A DNA stretch of 64,000 bases from Camelus dromedarius (GCF_036321535.1 NC_087457.1:33542001-33606000); one strand, 5' to 3'. Positions 1 through 13,630 are shown, counted from the stretch's first letter. The notes: generated by a model not told the origin, from the sequence alone. Made by a program: numbers and translations.

Positions 1-218
1 AGACAGGATTGGAGTGATGGACCCACGTGCCAGTAAACACTGGAAACTGCAGGCCAAGCCCCGGGAGCTAGAAGACGTGAACGTTTAGCTGTCAGAGGAG
101 CCAGGACCTGCTGACACCTTAATTTTGGACTTCTCGTCTCTGGGACTCTGAGGCAAGAATTGGCCTTAAGCCACCCAGTTTGTGGTGCTTTGTTACGGCA
201 GTCCTAGCAGACAAGTAG
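1..218 (+). mobile_element. MaLR LTR (MLT1C/D-like), 3' part, truncated by window edge
   Basis: Matches recalled MLT1 3' consensus: cctgctgacaccttaattttggacttc ... ttaagccacccagtttgtggtgctttgttacggcagtcctagcagac. Confidence 0.85.
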
Positions 219-3200
219 AATTTCTGTAAGATTTTTGAGAAAGTTAGTCACTTAACCTTGAACATGCTAACTTTCCTGCAAAACAGAAATGATGTTTTCC
301 ATTATCAAGGAATTATTGGTAGAATTTGAGAGATCCTGCAACTGGTGCTTAATAAATGGAAGTTTTTAGTGTGATATTTTAAAAATACGGTCTTTTCAGA
401 GCTTTAAGGAGCTTGATCAAAAAAACATGCAAATGTTTTTGCCATTATTTTCTGTTTTCATCACAAAGCGTGATTATATATCAACTTTAAGTGCTACAAA
501 CAGTCACTTTGTAAGCTAGTTATAATTGAAAATTAATCCAAGACTCTAAAAGCATTCTCTTATATTTTGTGCTTCTGTTAAGCAGCCTTTCTCCTCTGCT
601 GAAACAGTATGCCCAAGATGCATAATTAGTGCACAAATTATGACACTTAGTTTTTTGTCAAGACACTAACAAAGCTTTGGCAGTGCTGCAGCAGTATATA
701 ACTTGCTGTGTACACGTGAAGGGAACCGGCAGGCAGTGGTCAAAAGCTACAGACTTCCAATTCTAAGAGAAACAAGTCCTGGAGGTGCATGTACATCGTA
801 ACTGCTGTGTGTTATATGGGGAAGTTAAGGTAATCCTGCGTGTTTTCATCACAAGGGGAACATTTGTTTCTTTTGATTGGACCTATATGAGAAGATGGGT
901 GCTCGCCAGGCCTGTTGTCATCATTTGTTGGTGTATGCGAGTCCCCTCATTCTGCTGTGCACCTTCAACATATACAGTGATATATCTGTTTTCTCTCAAT
1001 AACTAGGGGGAAATTTGTAAATTACAGTGCAAGAACACTGTTTTCTCGCCATTTTTATGCTGATATTACATGATGTGTTTTACAACACTACAGAGATGTG
1101 TGTATATGTTTTTAAGGGAGGGGGACTCTGTGAGGTCCTTTGATCCATCTCCGCACTCCTCGACTCAGTGAAAACACAAGCAGCCTCCTGTGGGAAGGAA
1201 CAGCCACCAGGAAGCGTGTCTTTCTCTCTGAGAACACAGGAGTTACTGTGCAGTCTCCCTCCACTTCATTCACAAGGTGGTCTGGCCTTTGCTTCATTTT
1301 TTCTTTTATGGTAACATTAGCATTTACCAGAATCCTAAAAGTCGCTGTCCCCCTTCTGATGGCCGTTTATTGGTTATCAACATAGGGAAATACAGTTCAC
1401 CTCTGACTACTGAAATGTACGGCTAGGGAAGAACGTCGCACCCTTTTAGGAGCCGTTTAAATGCAGCTCAGCTTTAAAGTTGTGACCTGCTACAGGCAGA
1501 GGGAAGCCAGAGGCACTTAAGAATATTAAACACTTATTAGATATGCTTGAACTTGTTCTTTCTGTTTGTTAATATTCCTCAGTGATGGAGCACTCGTGTT
1601 TCAGAGAAGCGTCCAGTTAATACTTGCTGGATATTTCTGCTCTTCACAGTTATGGGGAACGATGTATCCCTTTAAAATCTAGATTCGATCTTTTACTGTC
1701 ACTGGAGGTGAGTTTTAAGGATCTTTGCTCTCCAATTTCCAAAAAGGATGCCATGTTTTACATTTCAGTAAAGGGCACGCGCTCTTGTGTATTAAGGGAG
1801 TAGAAAGGCAGAATGTCTAGTGCAGTGACATCAATGAGTTCAGTGTGAAGGCTGCTTGTATTAGCACCTTCTGGATGCACGAAGACTACTTTTTACAGGG
1901 GTGACGGAAATGGATGTGATCCTCTACCCATTTCTCGGGGAGGTGGTTCAGAAGGGAAGGCACAATCCTCGGCAGTCAGTCAGTAAGATCATTTCATGAG
2001 TGAGTCTGCGCACAGTTACTTGGAAGTAAAGCTTATTTCTTTCATACGTCGAGGTAAGAGTCTTTATCAAAGGGAATTTTTTAAATAGACTTTAGCCTCT
2101 TGGAGTAAGGAAAAATTTGCATCTACAGTATCTCTCTCTCAAGAATCCTTTGAAAAACTGACAGTTTTAGAATTAATCCATATCTCCCCCCTGACCAGGG
2201 AAAGTGAGTGAAATCATACTAGTCTCTTCAAACTGTACTTTAGTCCTGAGCACTGATTTTGGAGCAGTGCAGCAGACAGACTGAGAATTCGTTAGCCTTC
2301 AAATGAAAGGTACAGGCAGGCTGGTTCTCCACTGTGGGCGGAGGAAAATGGAAGGAAGCAGGGCACCACATCCATTGGGCTTCATAGGTTATTGACTGTA
2401 TAAAACAAAATTCAAAAGGATGTTTTGTGGGATTAAAGCATTTTAAGAACTAATTACAAATTCAGCAAACTCCTGATGAATATCTGTAGCATTATTTTTC
2501 AGTCATCCTTGTATAAAGACCCTCCCTTACACAGTGCCCATTCATGCATATGAGTCTGCATCGATTTATTCGTCCAACAGAGTATAGTAAACTCTTCCAT
2601 CAGGTCTTTGCCAGGTGCTGGATATGCAAGGTGGAAAAGCCTGCCATGGAACTGTAGCAGGACAGACCTGTGTGTAGAGCACCTGCTGCACTGTGTCATC
2701 AGGGAAGTATGGAAGGTGCAGTGGGAAGCGCAGATTTCTCCCAGAAGGGCTGCTTTCACAAGCCATTGGCTCTAGGGCGTGTGGTGTGGTGGCATTTAAT
2801 AGGAAGGCTGGTAAATTTAAAGAGGGGGTTTCAGTGCTGGGTTTTAATGCTATAAATCACCAGGGGAGAACAGTCTTCATTCCAGAAGTCCTCAAGGAAA
2901 TTGCAAAACAAGATACTAAACATAATATGGCTCTAAAAATAGTTCTGGAAAGCCGCCAAGCTATCATCATATTCTGAAAAGAGGCTAGATGTGATTTTTG
3001 GTCATTAAAACAGTAAATTTCACCTTCATATATAGAACTGCCACTGAGCCTGCGGTTAAAGATTGGGTAGTGGTGTAAAAAGAGCAGGGTAAGTGTAACT
3101 TTGTGGGCTGACATTTTACAACTTTTATATAAACATAGTCTCATTTTTATCTGAGAATAATTAGTGTAATGACCAAAGATTATTTAGAGAACATGTCTTA

Positions 3201-3479
3201 CCACGACTACATTTCCCCAAACTTGCATGTGTTTACAAGAGAATACAGAAGTAAGAGGTTAACGTCTTTGCAGTGTGAGCCTCTCACGTGTTAAGTCAAC
3301 ACTTTATAAACGAAGTCTGTAGACTGGAAGTGACTGAAAAGCAATGACACCGAGACTGAGTTTGCTGAACGAGTTTTCCACTAGTTTTACCATATATTTA
3401 AATTCCACAAAGCATTAACTTAAGCCCTTATGTATAGTCAGCGTCCGTTTCTATTCACCTGTCACTTTGTGTTTCTCCT

Positions 3480-4010
3480 TATCCATACTTTCTTCTGGTA
3501 ACGTTTTTCTTCTCTCTGAGATGCCATGGGTATTTCCTTAATTTTTTGTTGATCTAAAAATGTATTCATTGTTTCAAAGCTATTTTCAAAAGGCGTAGAC
3601 TTCTCTGTCGGCAGTCATTGCATTACAGTTCCTTAAATACCCCATCCATCTCCTTCCAGCTTCAAGTTTTCGGTGGAGAAATTAGCTGTCAGTTTTCCTG
3701 TTGCTCCTTTGACATTGTTTTCCCTACAACTGATTTTTAAGATCTTCCTTTGGAATTTGATTTTCTCTGTATTCTGCTTTTTCACTTCTGTTGCTTGATG
3801 TCTTTAATAAATTATAGGAAACTATCTAGTATTACCTATTAAATACTGCTTTTCTCCATTTTTTCCTTTGTCCTTATGGAAAAATGCTATTTAAAGTATT
3901 TCCCCATATCCCAAGTTTTTGGGTTACTTGTTTTCCAGTTACCATTATTTTATCAATTTCAAATATTTTCTAGCACAGAAATTTTGAACATAGTTCAGCT
4001 TGTGGGAAAT
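3480..4010 (-). mobile_element. Old L1 (L1M/L1ME-type) fragment, antisense
   Basis: T-rich text typical of antisense L1M ORF1 region (ggtggagaaattagctgtcagttttcctgttgctcc; tttaagatcttcctttgg; cttgatgtctttaataattataggaaactatctag). Confidence 0.55.
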
Positions 4011-4239
4011 TTGGAACAAAAAATGCTGGAAACAACTGTGAATTAAATAGTGAGCATCTGCAAAGTATCCTTTTTAAATGGGCATTGATTAATGGTCATT
4101 TCTAAAGCCAAGTCCTGATCCACCAAACACATGATCCCTGAAAGTTCAAAATTTGCAGAGAATGGAACCATCTAATTTTTCTCTGGCACTGAACAAGCTT
4201 ACGCTTATTTCTGATGACTTGATAAGCTTACCATATATT

Positions 4240-4470
4240 CATTCACATGATACATATTTATTCAGTGTTTGCCGTGAGCCAGAAATTTGCAAGGTCAAGA
4301 AATGTAGCTCTAAAGAAGACATTTTTAAAATTCTCGTTGAGCTTTCAGTCAAGTGCAGGCCAACAGAAAATCAAAGATGATACATGCGGAAATTCTGCAG
4401 AAGGGTTCAGTGTGAGCTCTTTGAAGGAGTACTTTGTCCTGCCTTGGAGTTCCAGGGAGCCTTCCACAGG
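4240..4470 (-). mobile_element. L2 fragment
   Basis: atattcattcacatgatacatatttattcagtgtttgccgtgagccag resembles the antisense L2 3' end (cattcattcaacaaatatttattgagcacctactatgtgccag). Confidence 0.45.
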
Positions 4471-4862
4471 GGAAGTGACGTCGAAGACCTGAGCTGCTGA
4501 GGGTGACGAGATCCTGGCTCCTGCCTGAGGGCACGCCTCACTGAGGCCTGGACGGGCTGTAGGCGCGAGCTGGGCAGCCAGCAGCGAGGAGGGAAGGAGT
4601 GGCCAGGGCCGGGGCTCCCTGGATCCCGCAGAGCTCAGGTGGGTCACTCAGCGCAGCGTGTCTGCATCCAAAACTGAAACCCGCCCTCACAGAACGAGAG
4701 GAGGTTTAAATAAAAGTGCCACAGGCTAGACAGCGATCCTGAAATGGAGACTCCAAAGTGCTCGAGACGCACCATCATAGCTGCAGGCTCTCCGGCCGGG
4801 ACCGCCGTGACGTCAGCCAGGCTGGCGAGCTTCGCGGTCTGCCGTGTGAGCGTTTCCCTTCT
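4450..4862. promoter_or_regulatory. Small CpG-rich patch with CRE motifs
   Basis: Perfect TGACGTCA at 4808-4815, near-CRE TGACGTCG at ~4456, local CpG excess, GC box (ccgccc) at ~4681. Confidence 0.35.
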
Positions 4863-4867
4863 CTTAC

Positions 4868-4903
4868 CTCGTAGATTTGACTTTGAGCTATTGGGAAGAA
4901 AAT
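4868..4903 (-). other. Candidate 36-nt exon (minus strand)
   Basis: Minus strand: branch-like ctgac + polypyrimidine tract + cag | ATTTTCTTCCCAATAGCTCAAAGTCAAATCTACGAG | gtaaga; open in two frames (IFFPIAQSQIYE; D-FLPNSSKSNLR). Confidence 0.4.
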
Positions 4904-5589
4904 CTGAATTCAAGGAATCAAAGAAAGTCAGTGCAGAAGAAAACACAGAAACATTAGAAACAATTAGCATATTTCATGCATATTATATATACAATTACAA
5001 ATTATCGTGTAATCCTTGTTGACCTGTTCAGAGTAATCAAAGCAATACTAAATAAAAATTTGTCATCTAATATCTGTCACCATGGAGATAGGTCCACACT
5101 GTGTTCATTGAATTAAAAAACAGCTAAGAAAACTCTGGGGACCTATACATGCATAAATCATTCCGTTACTTCATGAAAAAAAACCTTTAATCATCACTGA
5201 AATATGGGACTAAAGACGTGGAAACTATAGGAACTAAAACTAGATTGTTCTAAGCGTTATTATTTAAGTAAATTTCTGTAAGTGTATTAATACTGCTTGA
5301 ATTGGGATGTATGTGGCTAGATATTAACATATATTTAATAAAAAGTTAGTAATATTTAGGCTTCTAGCTGTTGTAGTTATAGCTGAAGCATTTATTTTAT
5401 CTATTTTTTTAAGGACACTGAGTACTTATATCAATAGTACTTATATCGCACTATATGTAAATAGTATGTGTAGGTTTGTACATACAGAGTTCCACTGTGT
5501 AAATTTGAAGCTCAACGTGGAATACATGGTGACCCAGCCTCTCTACCACCACCTTTAAAAAAGAGTCAGGTGCGGTCCTTGCTCTCTCG

Positions 5590-6400
5590 ATACAGTGGGG
5601 AAGAGTCGCTGATGAGAAACTGTAGGAATAAAAGTGTACTTTCCAACCATGGTAAGGACTGTCCAGGGGAAGTTGTAAAGGATTTACCAGGAAGAGGTCA
5701 TCTAGTCTCGGCACTGGGGTGAGGAAGGACCTTTCATGGGCAAAGTGCCTTCTGACTTCTGATTGAAGGATGGAGACTGCAAGGAAAACCATGTGTCACA
5801 GGAAGGCTGGTACTTGTGTGGGGAAGCTGGGAACGGTATCTGGAGCTGAGAAGGTGGCGTAGAGAGCAGAGGGGGAAGAGCCTCGAGGGCTGAGTGGTGG
5901 CAGAGCTCCCACAGCTCCAGGGTCATGGGTACCCTGCCCACATCCTAAGACATGTAATAGCAAGAGAGTCCTGAGTAAATCTCGCTGCATTGTGGAGGAC
6001 TGGTGAGAGGAGCACCAGGTGGATGCTGAAACATCACTTCATGAACAGTTGCAGTTGTCCATGCAAGAGATGATGGCAACTTGGGCTAAAGATGTGATGG
6101 TGGGGTGGACAAAAGTGAACAGAAGTGGAAGGTAGACTCGGGGACGTGGTGTGGGATTCTCTGATTTGTGTCTGTAGAACACCACTTAGTGACAAGGGGA
6201 GAACAAAGTGCAGAGGAGTTTGCAATCAGGCTATTGAGCTTTAGTCTAAAGACAGCGGTAACTTTGGACCAAAGTGGTAGTTGAAGGAGGTGGTCAGCCA
6301 GAGCTGTTGAGATGTGTGCTTGGAGTACAAGGAAAAGAGGAACATCAAGAAATACTTTTTTGTCATATGAATCAGTTAACATATGTCATATCTTCAGAGC
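5590..6400 (-). mobile_element. L2 fragment(s), degraded
   Basis: Purine-rich text matching antisense L2 (ttgcagttgtccatgcaagagatgatggcaacttgggctaaagatgtgatggtgggg). Confidence 0.55.
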
Positions 6401-7274
6401 AACCCTTGTATTTAGATACTTTCACTTTGATTTGATAACCAAGGGAGACTGGAGTTCAGAGCGCTTAGGCACCATGTCTAGTGTAACAGAGCTGGCTGCG
6501 GATAGAAGCAGCTCTCGCTCTGAGTCAAGTTTGACGGCAAAGGGTACCATCTTTCCTCTGCATCCTGATGCCTCCCTGAAGATACTGTTCTCACTCTGCA
6601 GATAATGTTCAGAGAAGTTAAAACCTGCCGAGAGTCACACAAAAAGATCACCAGTGTTGGAGATGGTTTTGCAAAGCAGGAAGTTTATTTCTAAAATCCC
6701 TTCTCCTTTTCTTACTGAAAGTCTAGCACTGATGCAAGCTGGTTTTGCTACTTTATAGAATCACACCGTAACATAAAAGTCAGGACAGTGGTGTCAGTTA
6801 CTGATGGAGTTAATGAGAATCATCTCCACCTGTGACTGCAAATGGGGACGTTAACTGCACACTCAGGAGAACCATAAGTGACCTTGGAGGAGGTGAAATA
6901 AACAGTTTTTGGTCATGTTGGTTCAGAGTAGATGCTCCGTATGTATTTGTTGAATGAAAGGATAGACTTTGGTTTTAATGCTTTTTGGCCAGGTTCTATC
7001 TTATAACAAACTAAAAGTCCACTTTAAAGAACTCTGTTCTAGAAAGGCCACTTTTTTCTTGGTGGTTACTGATGAGGCCTGATATTAAAACAAAGTTTCA
7101 CTTAACTAATATTATAGAGGTCATTTACAGTAGTTCATGGTTAGTAGATATTGCAACAGTGTTTTCAAAGTGTTTATATTATTATCATAGAGAAGCTTCA
7201 TTCCGATTAAATTTTGGACCCAGAGGCACGTGACTACTAAAACTTTTGTTATTTCTGTTTCGCTTTGCTTTTAG

Positions 7275-7333
7275 ATGGCACAGTGCAGAGACTACACATC
7301 TTGTTTGCATTGTGACTGATCATACAGTTCGTG
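7275..7333 (+). other. Candidate 59-nt exon (plus strand), non-coding
   Basis: tttctgtttcgctttgcttttag | ATGGCACAG...CAGTTCGTG | gtgagg; the ATG frame stops after 14 codons. Confidence 0.25.
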
Positions 7334-9148
7334 GTGAGGTCTGCTGTTGTGGCTGGTTTTGAAAGGAAGATGGTCTTTCCCACAAATCTGGAAGTTAGTG
7401 AGTTTCCTTAGTGAAGACATCTAGAATCCGTTAGGTGTCTCCTGTAATGTATCCATGAACACATCAATTAAGACAGAGAACATCTTAGATGTGAACGTGC
7501 TTTTGAATATAAATATTTGATAGGTGCATTAGCCAAACATTTACATTTTACAAACTAGAATTTGTGTATTAGCGCTGTAAGCACTTTGCAAGGACCTGAG
7601 ACCCAAAGTTAAATAAGAGTCCCTGCGCTCTAAGAATCGGAGGTGGAAACAAAGTGTAACTTCAGTTCACTGAGTAGTTGAACGTGTTAAAAATAGAAAG
7701 AATGAAAACTCTTAGTAAGCACATTTCTGTAGAGCACGAATTGATGGCAAATGTCAATGGGCTCATGTAGTCTCACTTTTTTTTTCCTTTATGGTATATG
7801 ATAATTTGATGGCCAGCAATATTTTAAAACAAGTACGGTGTAGATTATACATATAATTAACATTATAATCAAACCAGCTAAAATGTATCATGAAATCTGT
7901 GTCTGGCCAAAAGAAGCTTCATCCTTCATCAGGACGACACAGGGACATAATTTGACAGTAATTGTTGAGGCACTCTTTCTGCGGGATTTTAAGCTCAGTG
8001 GAGTGATGAATTCCTATGCTTGGCTGAAAAATAAAGGGATATCTTCACAGGTAACCTGTGACTTCTAAGTTACAGGTGGAAGACAAAGTAAGTTGGAACT
8101 GCTCCTTTTCCCCTCCTTTCAAGAGCAGAGATGTGTTGAGAGAAGGACCACATTTATCTCCATTTCTGCTACCATGCTGTCTGATTTCTGGTGTGACATA
8201 GGACTCCTCCAGATGTAAACCTTTATCTTGTTCTTGTTTGTTTTCTTTTTAATAAACATCGCAGAATTTTACAAGCTCTGAGAAATAACAGAATTATTAC
8301 AAATGTAGTTAAGAATGCATGCATTCACTCATCCACTCATCCCTTCAGTCACTTAGAGCCTTGTGAAATGAAACACAAGGCCACTGTACGAATTTGTGAG
8401 CATTCATGGGCCACTCTGTGTAGGACCATGATGCTGTGGCTTATATTTAAAACCATATATTTTTAAGCATTGGTTTATTTGTTGAGTTCTTTTTCTGATA
8501 CTTGTACCAGAAGGCACCTGTTCCTTGAAAAATATAGTATATACAGGGTATGATTTGGGAAAACCATGCTTTTTCTGTCACTTGCTCAAATCTTGCTTTT
8601 GCTGGAGTTCAGTTAATTTTAGACATCACCAAATTCATTAAAAAAATTCTGGAAAAACTTTTAGGCCAATCAATATGTTTTATGAAAAAAATTATTGAGC
8701 TATGTTCAATAAGACCTAGAAAGCTTTGACATCAAAATTTGCAAAGAAATTTATAATTAGATTTTAAAATGTTATTAAATCATATGCTCTGTCCAAATTT
8801 TCTTATATTCTAAAATTCTCATATATACTAAAATTAAATTCCCCATCGAATACTCAGCTTTCATGGACTATTATCATACTTTTTATAACAGACGTATCTT
8901 TTTCTTTGTCATTATCTTATTAGATGGTGCTGGGTACCAGTGTTTTTGGGACAACTTTCATGTCTGTATTGTTGAAAATCTATTCATTGACTAGAATGTC
9001 CTGTTGAAGATAAATTAATAACATCATTCAGTAACAATGACAAAGCACATGCTTATGTTCAGATAATGTATATTCTTGGAACGTACCATTTTGGATAACT
9101 GCCTTAAAGAACATTAGAGTTAACATAACTAATGGGCAAAATACTTAC

Positions 9149-9224
9149 CACAGTTATCCTAAAATCCCTCTATGTACGTTGGAATTAAACATTCAGAGTC
9201 GGATAGACCCAAATATAGACTATC
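9149..9224 (-). other. Candidate 76-nt non-coding exon (minus strand)
   Basis: Minus strand: tttccaaatttttacag | GATAGTC...ATAACTGTG | gtaagt; stops in all three frames. Confidence 0.35.
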
Positions 9225-9607
9225 CTGTAAAAATTTGGAAACATTAAATAATAATAATTTTCTACTCAATGTAACAATGGCACTGTTTCTAATAGGAAAC
9301 ATTAATGTGTCTTCCAACAGAAGCCTAAAATCGAGAATGTCTACATTAGTTTCAAAATCTGTATTTTGCTTGGAAAATTCCTGCTGAATTATTTCCACTG
9401 CAGTTGACAAGGGAGAGGCATGTGTGGGCATAGCACAGCTGTGTGTGGTTGTTGCAAGCCGTTTCGGGGGCGAATGGTTAGCCACGGCTGCCCACAACTG
9501 GCTTAGAAAATTAGACCTACAATTTTTCACTTTTGTTTTGCAAAAGTTCTGTGAATCAGGCATCCTTAGTTTAATTTTCTTGAATTTATTGCACAGGATA
9601 TATATAT

Positions 9608-9740
9608 GTGCATGCTTAGCATGCACAAAGTCCTGGGTTCACAAGGTCCTGGGTTCACAAGGTCCTGGGTTCAGTTCCTGGTACCTACATTTAAAAAATA
9701 AATAGATAAAACTAATTCCCAGATCCCAAAAATATAAACC
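9608..9740 (+). mobile_element. Camelid tRNA-derived SINE, 5'-truncated, with internal 3x16-bp tandem
   Basis: gtgcatgcttagcatgcac...gtcctgggttca...ggtacctacatttaaaaaataaatagataaaactaatt; same family as the copies at 20103 and 61077. Confidence 0.85.
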
Positions 9741-12339
9741 TCAAAATGCATTCTCCTGAGGACAGAAACATCTATCATTACAATGGTAACTCTAAGATTT
9801 CCTACACTATTTAATCCTTTATTTTGGACACAGCATTTCAAAATGTTGTAAAGAAGTTAGACAGTGGCTGTTAAGTTACTCCTACCTCTATATTATACTT
9901 AAGCTACTTAAAGAAGCAAAACAAACAAACAAAAAAAGCAAAGCAAATGCTGGCTCTGTTATAATTTTAAAACATTCTTTAGGTTCTGGGCAACTGGTAG
10001 ACGTTAGTGTTTGATATTTTTCTAGCGTTTTATTTTCCTTTAGTTACACTCCTATGGCGGCTACTTGTCCTGTTCAGATGTATCAAAGTGGACTTAATAT
10101 TATTACCATATAGATGACTTCTTTTACCCTAATCAGGGGCTCCAGAACTTTAGATCCTGAGAGGAGCCAGTGCAAAGCTGGCTTCATGTAATGAAACTTA
10201 ATGGCTTCATGCAATAAAACGTAATTGTTACCTGGAATCCTATAGCTTGCCTTTCACAGTGACCATCACTCCATCACTATTTACACTTCTAAAATTTGAA
10301 ATATCTACATCCCCAACATCCAATGGCAGTTATAATACAAACCATAAAATATTCTCTGCTTGTTTGCTAATTAAGCAAACTTAGAAGCATACTGTTTCTA
10401 AGGATTTTATGATTTTCTTTGTAAATGTCTAAGATAAGGAAGTGAAAGATGTTAAAAAACCTTAGCAATGATTATCTTAACCATTTCTATATGTTTATGT
10501 GGTATACAAGAGGAGATGCAGTCGTTGATTCATTTAAAACATGCTTCTGACATACCTAAGATGTGCTTGGCCTGTCGGATAACTGGGCTTCAATCATCAC
10601 GTGCCTTGAAGAAACTCACAGATTACTTGGGAAGCTGCAGACAGCAGCCAGTAACGATATAACCTGTTTAGCTCCGGATAGAATTAATTCTGTGGAACTG
10701 CACTGTAGAAGACTCATTTTAAATACAATTACTCTTTGTTGCTTCTCAACTCAAAGGCTCCTTGTTGGTGATCCTAGACATCCTTATACTTAGTGTGGGA
10801 AGGAAAAAAACAAACAACGTTTAGGACAGAGCCAAATGCCTGCAGGGATGGTCTGTTGATGTTAGTATGTGAGTAAGTCACATCTTCAATAGCTACAATT
10901 TACATAATAAAGGAGGAAGAATGTTACAGAAATTTTGTAACGTGCAGCATTTTCCGTCTATTTTTAGGTCTTTCTTTTTAAAGAAAGAAAGCCTTAATTG
11001 TTTTCAGGAAACACTTGGCTGACTTTAACTCATTTATAAGGAGCAGCAGGGCCAGGCTGGTTATAAACAGGGAAATGCTCAGGGGTGGAGCAGGGAGGCA
11101 ACTTGAGTGAGGAGGTGCTGAACTGGAGCTCACTGTGTGCTGTTGTGTGTGAGGTGGCCTTTGTTCAAGAGATGCCAGAAATCTAGATTCACGGGAGAAA
11201 TCTCTCTATTTTTACAAAACTGGCTAAAGGAAATCGAAAGAATGTTTCAAATAACACAGGATTCTTCACTGTGCAGGCTGAGTACGCTGTGTTTCTGGGA
11301 CAGACTGCCGACATGTGGCAACTTTTGCAATAGAAAATAGAATTTATTTCTTGATGCAAATTTATGTTTACTATGAAGAAAGTAAACTTATGGACTAAAT
11401 TTTTCTCGGGGATTTTGGAAGCCAGACAAATTCTTCCTGATGTTCTAAAATAATGAATGGTCTGCTCTGTTTATGGGTTCAGGATAAACCTTTTAGGATC
11501 AGTGTCAACTCTGCTGATGGCCACCGAGCACACGGTGTATTTGAAGGTCGGTCAGGACTGCTGGCTGACTGTCTTAGAGTCTCTTTCTGGGGCTAAGCAC
11601 CGATTAGCTGTGTCTCCTTATACATAACATTTCTAATATGTCCTGAGTTTCTTGAACTGAGATTTAAAAAAGTATTTTTATAGACAAGGTATGTCTATAC
11701 TTTGCATACATATTTTTGTTGCGTATTTTTACATTCTCACTTAGTAAATAGATGATTCTTTATTTGCTGTCAGTTGATAAATGAATAATTGAATTTTTGC
11801 TAATTTAGTCTATGTAGTATGAGTTGAATTGTAAACTGAGCCACTGCTGATCAGAGAGTTAAAAGTAGTGATTCACTTATCTGGGGGCTTGGTGTATGCC
11901 CCAGTCTTCTGGCTCCACACTTGTTGTCTTCCTGTTTTCCATTCCCCATTTCTTCGTGGTCTCCCACCGAGCTCGCTGATGGTTCACTGCAGTAGGCTGC
12001 CGCGTCACTGCTCCTGTGTTACACCCATCAGTGTCCTCTGTGGAGAGTGAATATGGGGTTCCCTCTAGGACTGAGCTCAGGCTTTGTTTCCCGATTTCCT
12101 CCAGCTTGTGCTCATTTGTACCTTTCCTTCTCTTGGTTGACTTGCCCTCTGCCCTCCAGCTCAATGAGACAGGCCCTTCCATCCTCCTGTGTGGTTGACA
12201 CCAGCTTTGACTCCGCTGACTATTTATGGTCTTTCTATTTGTGTGTGATTTTAAGACTTCCTTATTTCTCCGAGTATAGAAGCTGGGAACAGAGAGGCTG
12301 GCAGATGTCCAAGAGGATGGTCTTTGTTATGGTCTGTGT

Positions 12340-12520
12340 GTTGGCAGTGTGGTTTTGAGTAAGTCACCGTGTTTCCCTGTGCCACAACCCATCATGGGTG
12401 GAACAGGTATGATGATAAATAGCACCTGCCTTACGAGGTCAAGCGTGAGAACACAAGTAAAGTGCTCAGCACAGTGTCCAGGTAGTAGTGTGCATTCAGT
12501 GATGCTTGCTATTAATAACA
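12340..12520 (+). mobile_element. MIR
   Basis: gtggttttgagtaagtcac...gtaaagtgctcagcacagtgtccaggtagtagtg matches MIR core and 3' end. Confidence 0.6.
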
Positions 12521-12649
12521 CCATCTTTATTGTATCATAATTTAATTTAAGTAAGTATAAGTTGAATACATACTCAAACAGGGTATAAAGCTTTGGGAAT
12601 TTTATTTTAATGCACTCTTAATCCCTGCAAAGCGTACCACCAGGGAAAA

Positions 12650-13000
12650 TAGGTCTTGGATACATGCATCTGCCTGGTTCTTCTGAGAACCAGGCACTAA
12701 GAGGGAGTTAGATGTGCAAGAGATCTGGGGATACCTCTCTTGAAGGACAGAGGGGAGCAAACAGGAGTAGCTGAGATTGGACAGGAAATACCTCCAACCA
12801 CAGTGCAGTCCTGAGAGAGCATGGGTCAGACAGACAGGCTTGCTAGACAAACGGTACTCAGTGAAGGAGCCCTAAGTCCGCAGTCACTGGCTGGAGGTGG
12901 CCTGGGGTGCCGTGGCCACAGTAGCAGGGCTGTGGTTGACCCAGAGTGGTGGCAGATGGAGGCTGTCAGTCAACTACGTTTCCTACGACAGGTTTCGGCA
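12650..13000. mobile_element. Old MaLR LTR (MLT1H-K-like), degraded
   Basis: ggttcttctgagaaccaggcactaagagggagttagatgtgcaagaga resembles old MLT1 subfamilies; subfamily and strand not resolved. Confidence 0.35.
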
Positions 13001-13029
13001 AAGGAGATGGAGAACGTGCTAACACAATA

Positions 13030-13630
13030 TGTCATCACCATAACGTCTGATTTATGACAGAGAAACCTAGGGAGTGAAGGGACCTGTGTTGCTTAAATAG
13101 GCTCTAGAAAACTTCCCCGAAGAAGTGGCATTCAGTAGACACGGGTGAGACAAACAGGATTTAGCCAAGTGAAAATACGTTGAAGAAGGTCTCAGGCAGA
13201 AAATAAGGATTAATGATGGCCTGGAGGCAAGTGGCGTAAACCAGGAACTGGGAACCTGGAGGGCTGTAGGACTATGCATTGCTGGAGCGGGGCCAGCATG
13301 AGGGAGAGATGCAGAGGCTAGTCTTGAGGGCTGGTCGTGCAAGGGTTTACAACCCATGGTAAAGGCTACAAACTCTGTACAGAAGACAAGGAAAGCTCTC
13401 GAAGAGGTTTAACCTTGGGAACTGTCAGGCAGTGATTTGGTTTGGGAAGGTGCATTCTGAGCACTGGCAGGGAATGGATGAGGGAGGAGGGAGGATGAGC
13501 CCAAATGGAAGTTTGGGGTTCATGTATGAAACAGTGGCTTGTCCCATGCGTTGGAACTACGTGGATGAATTTGGAATAAACTGTGTTGGATTTTGTCACC
13601 TGAACATAGGACCTGGGTTGAGTACCTGAG
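13030..13630 (-). mobile_element. L2 fragment
   Basis: gggctggtcgtgcaagggtttacaacccatggtaaagg...aaggaaagctctcgaagaggtttaac...ggcagtgatttggtttgg matches antisense L2. Confidence 0.55.

Noticed and set aside
9159-9626. 155-aa minus ORF
   Set aside because: Starts inside a SINE and crosses a predicted splice acceptor; no homology recognised.
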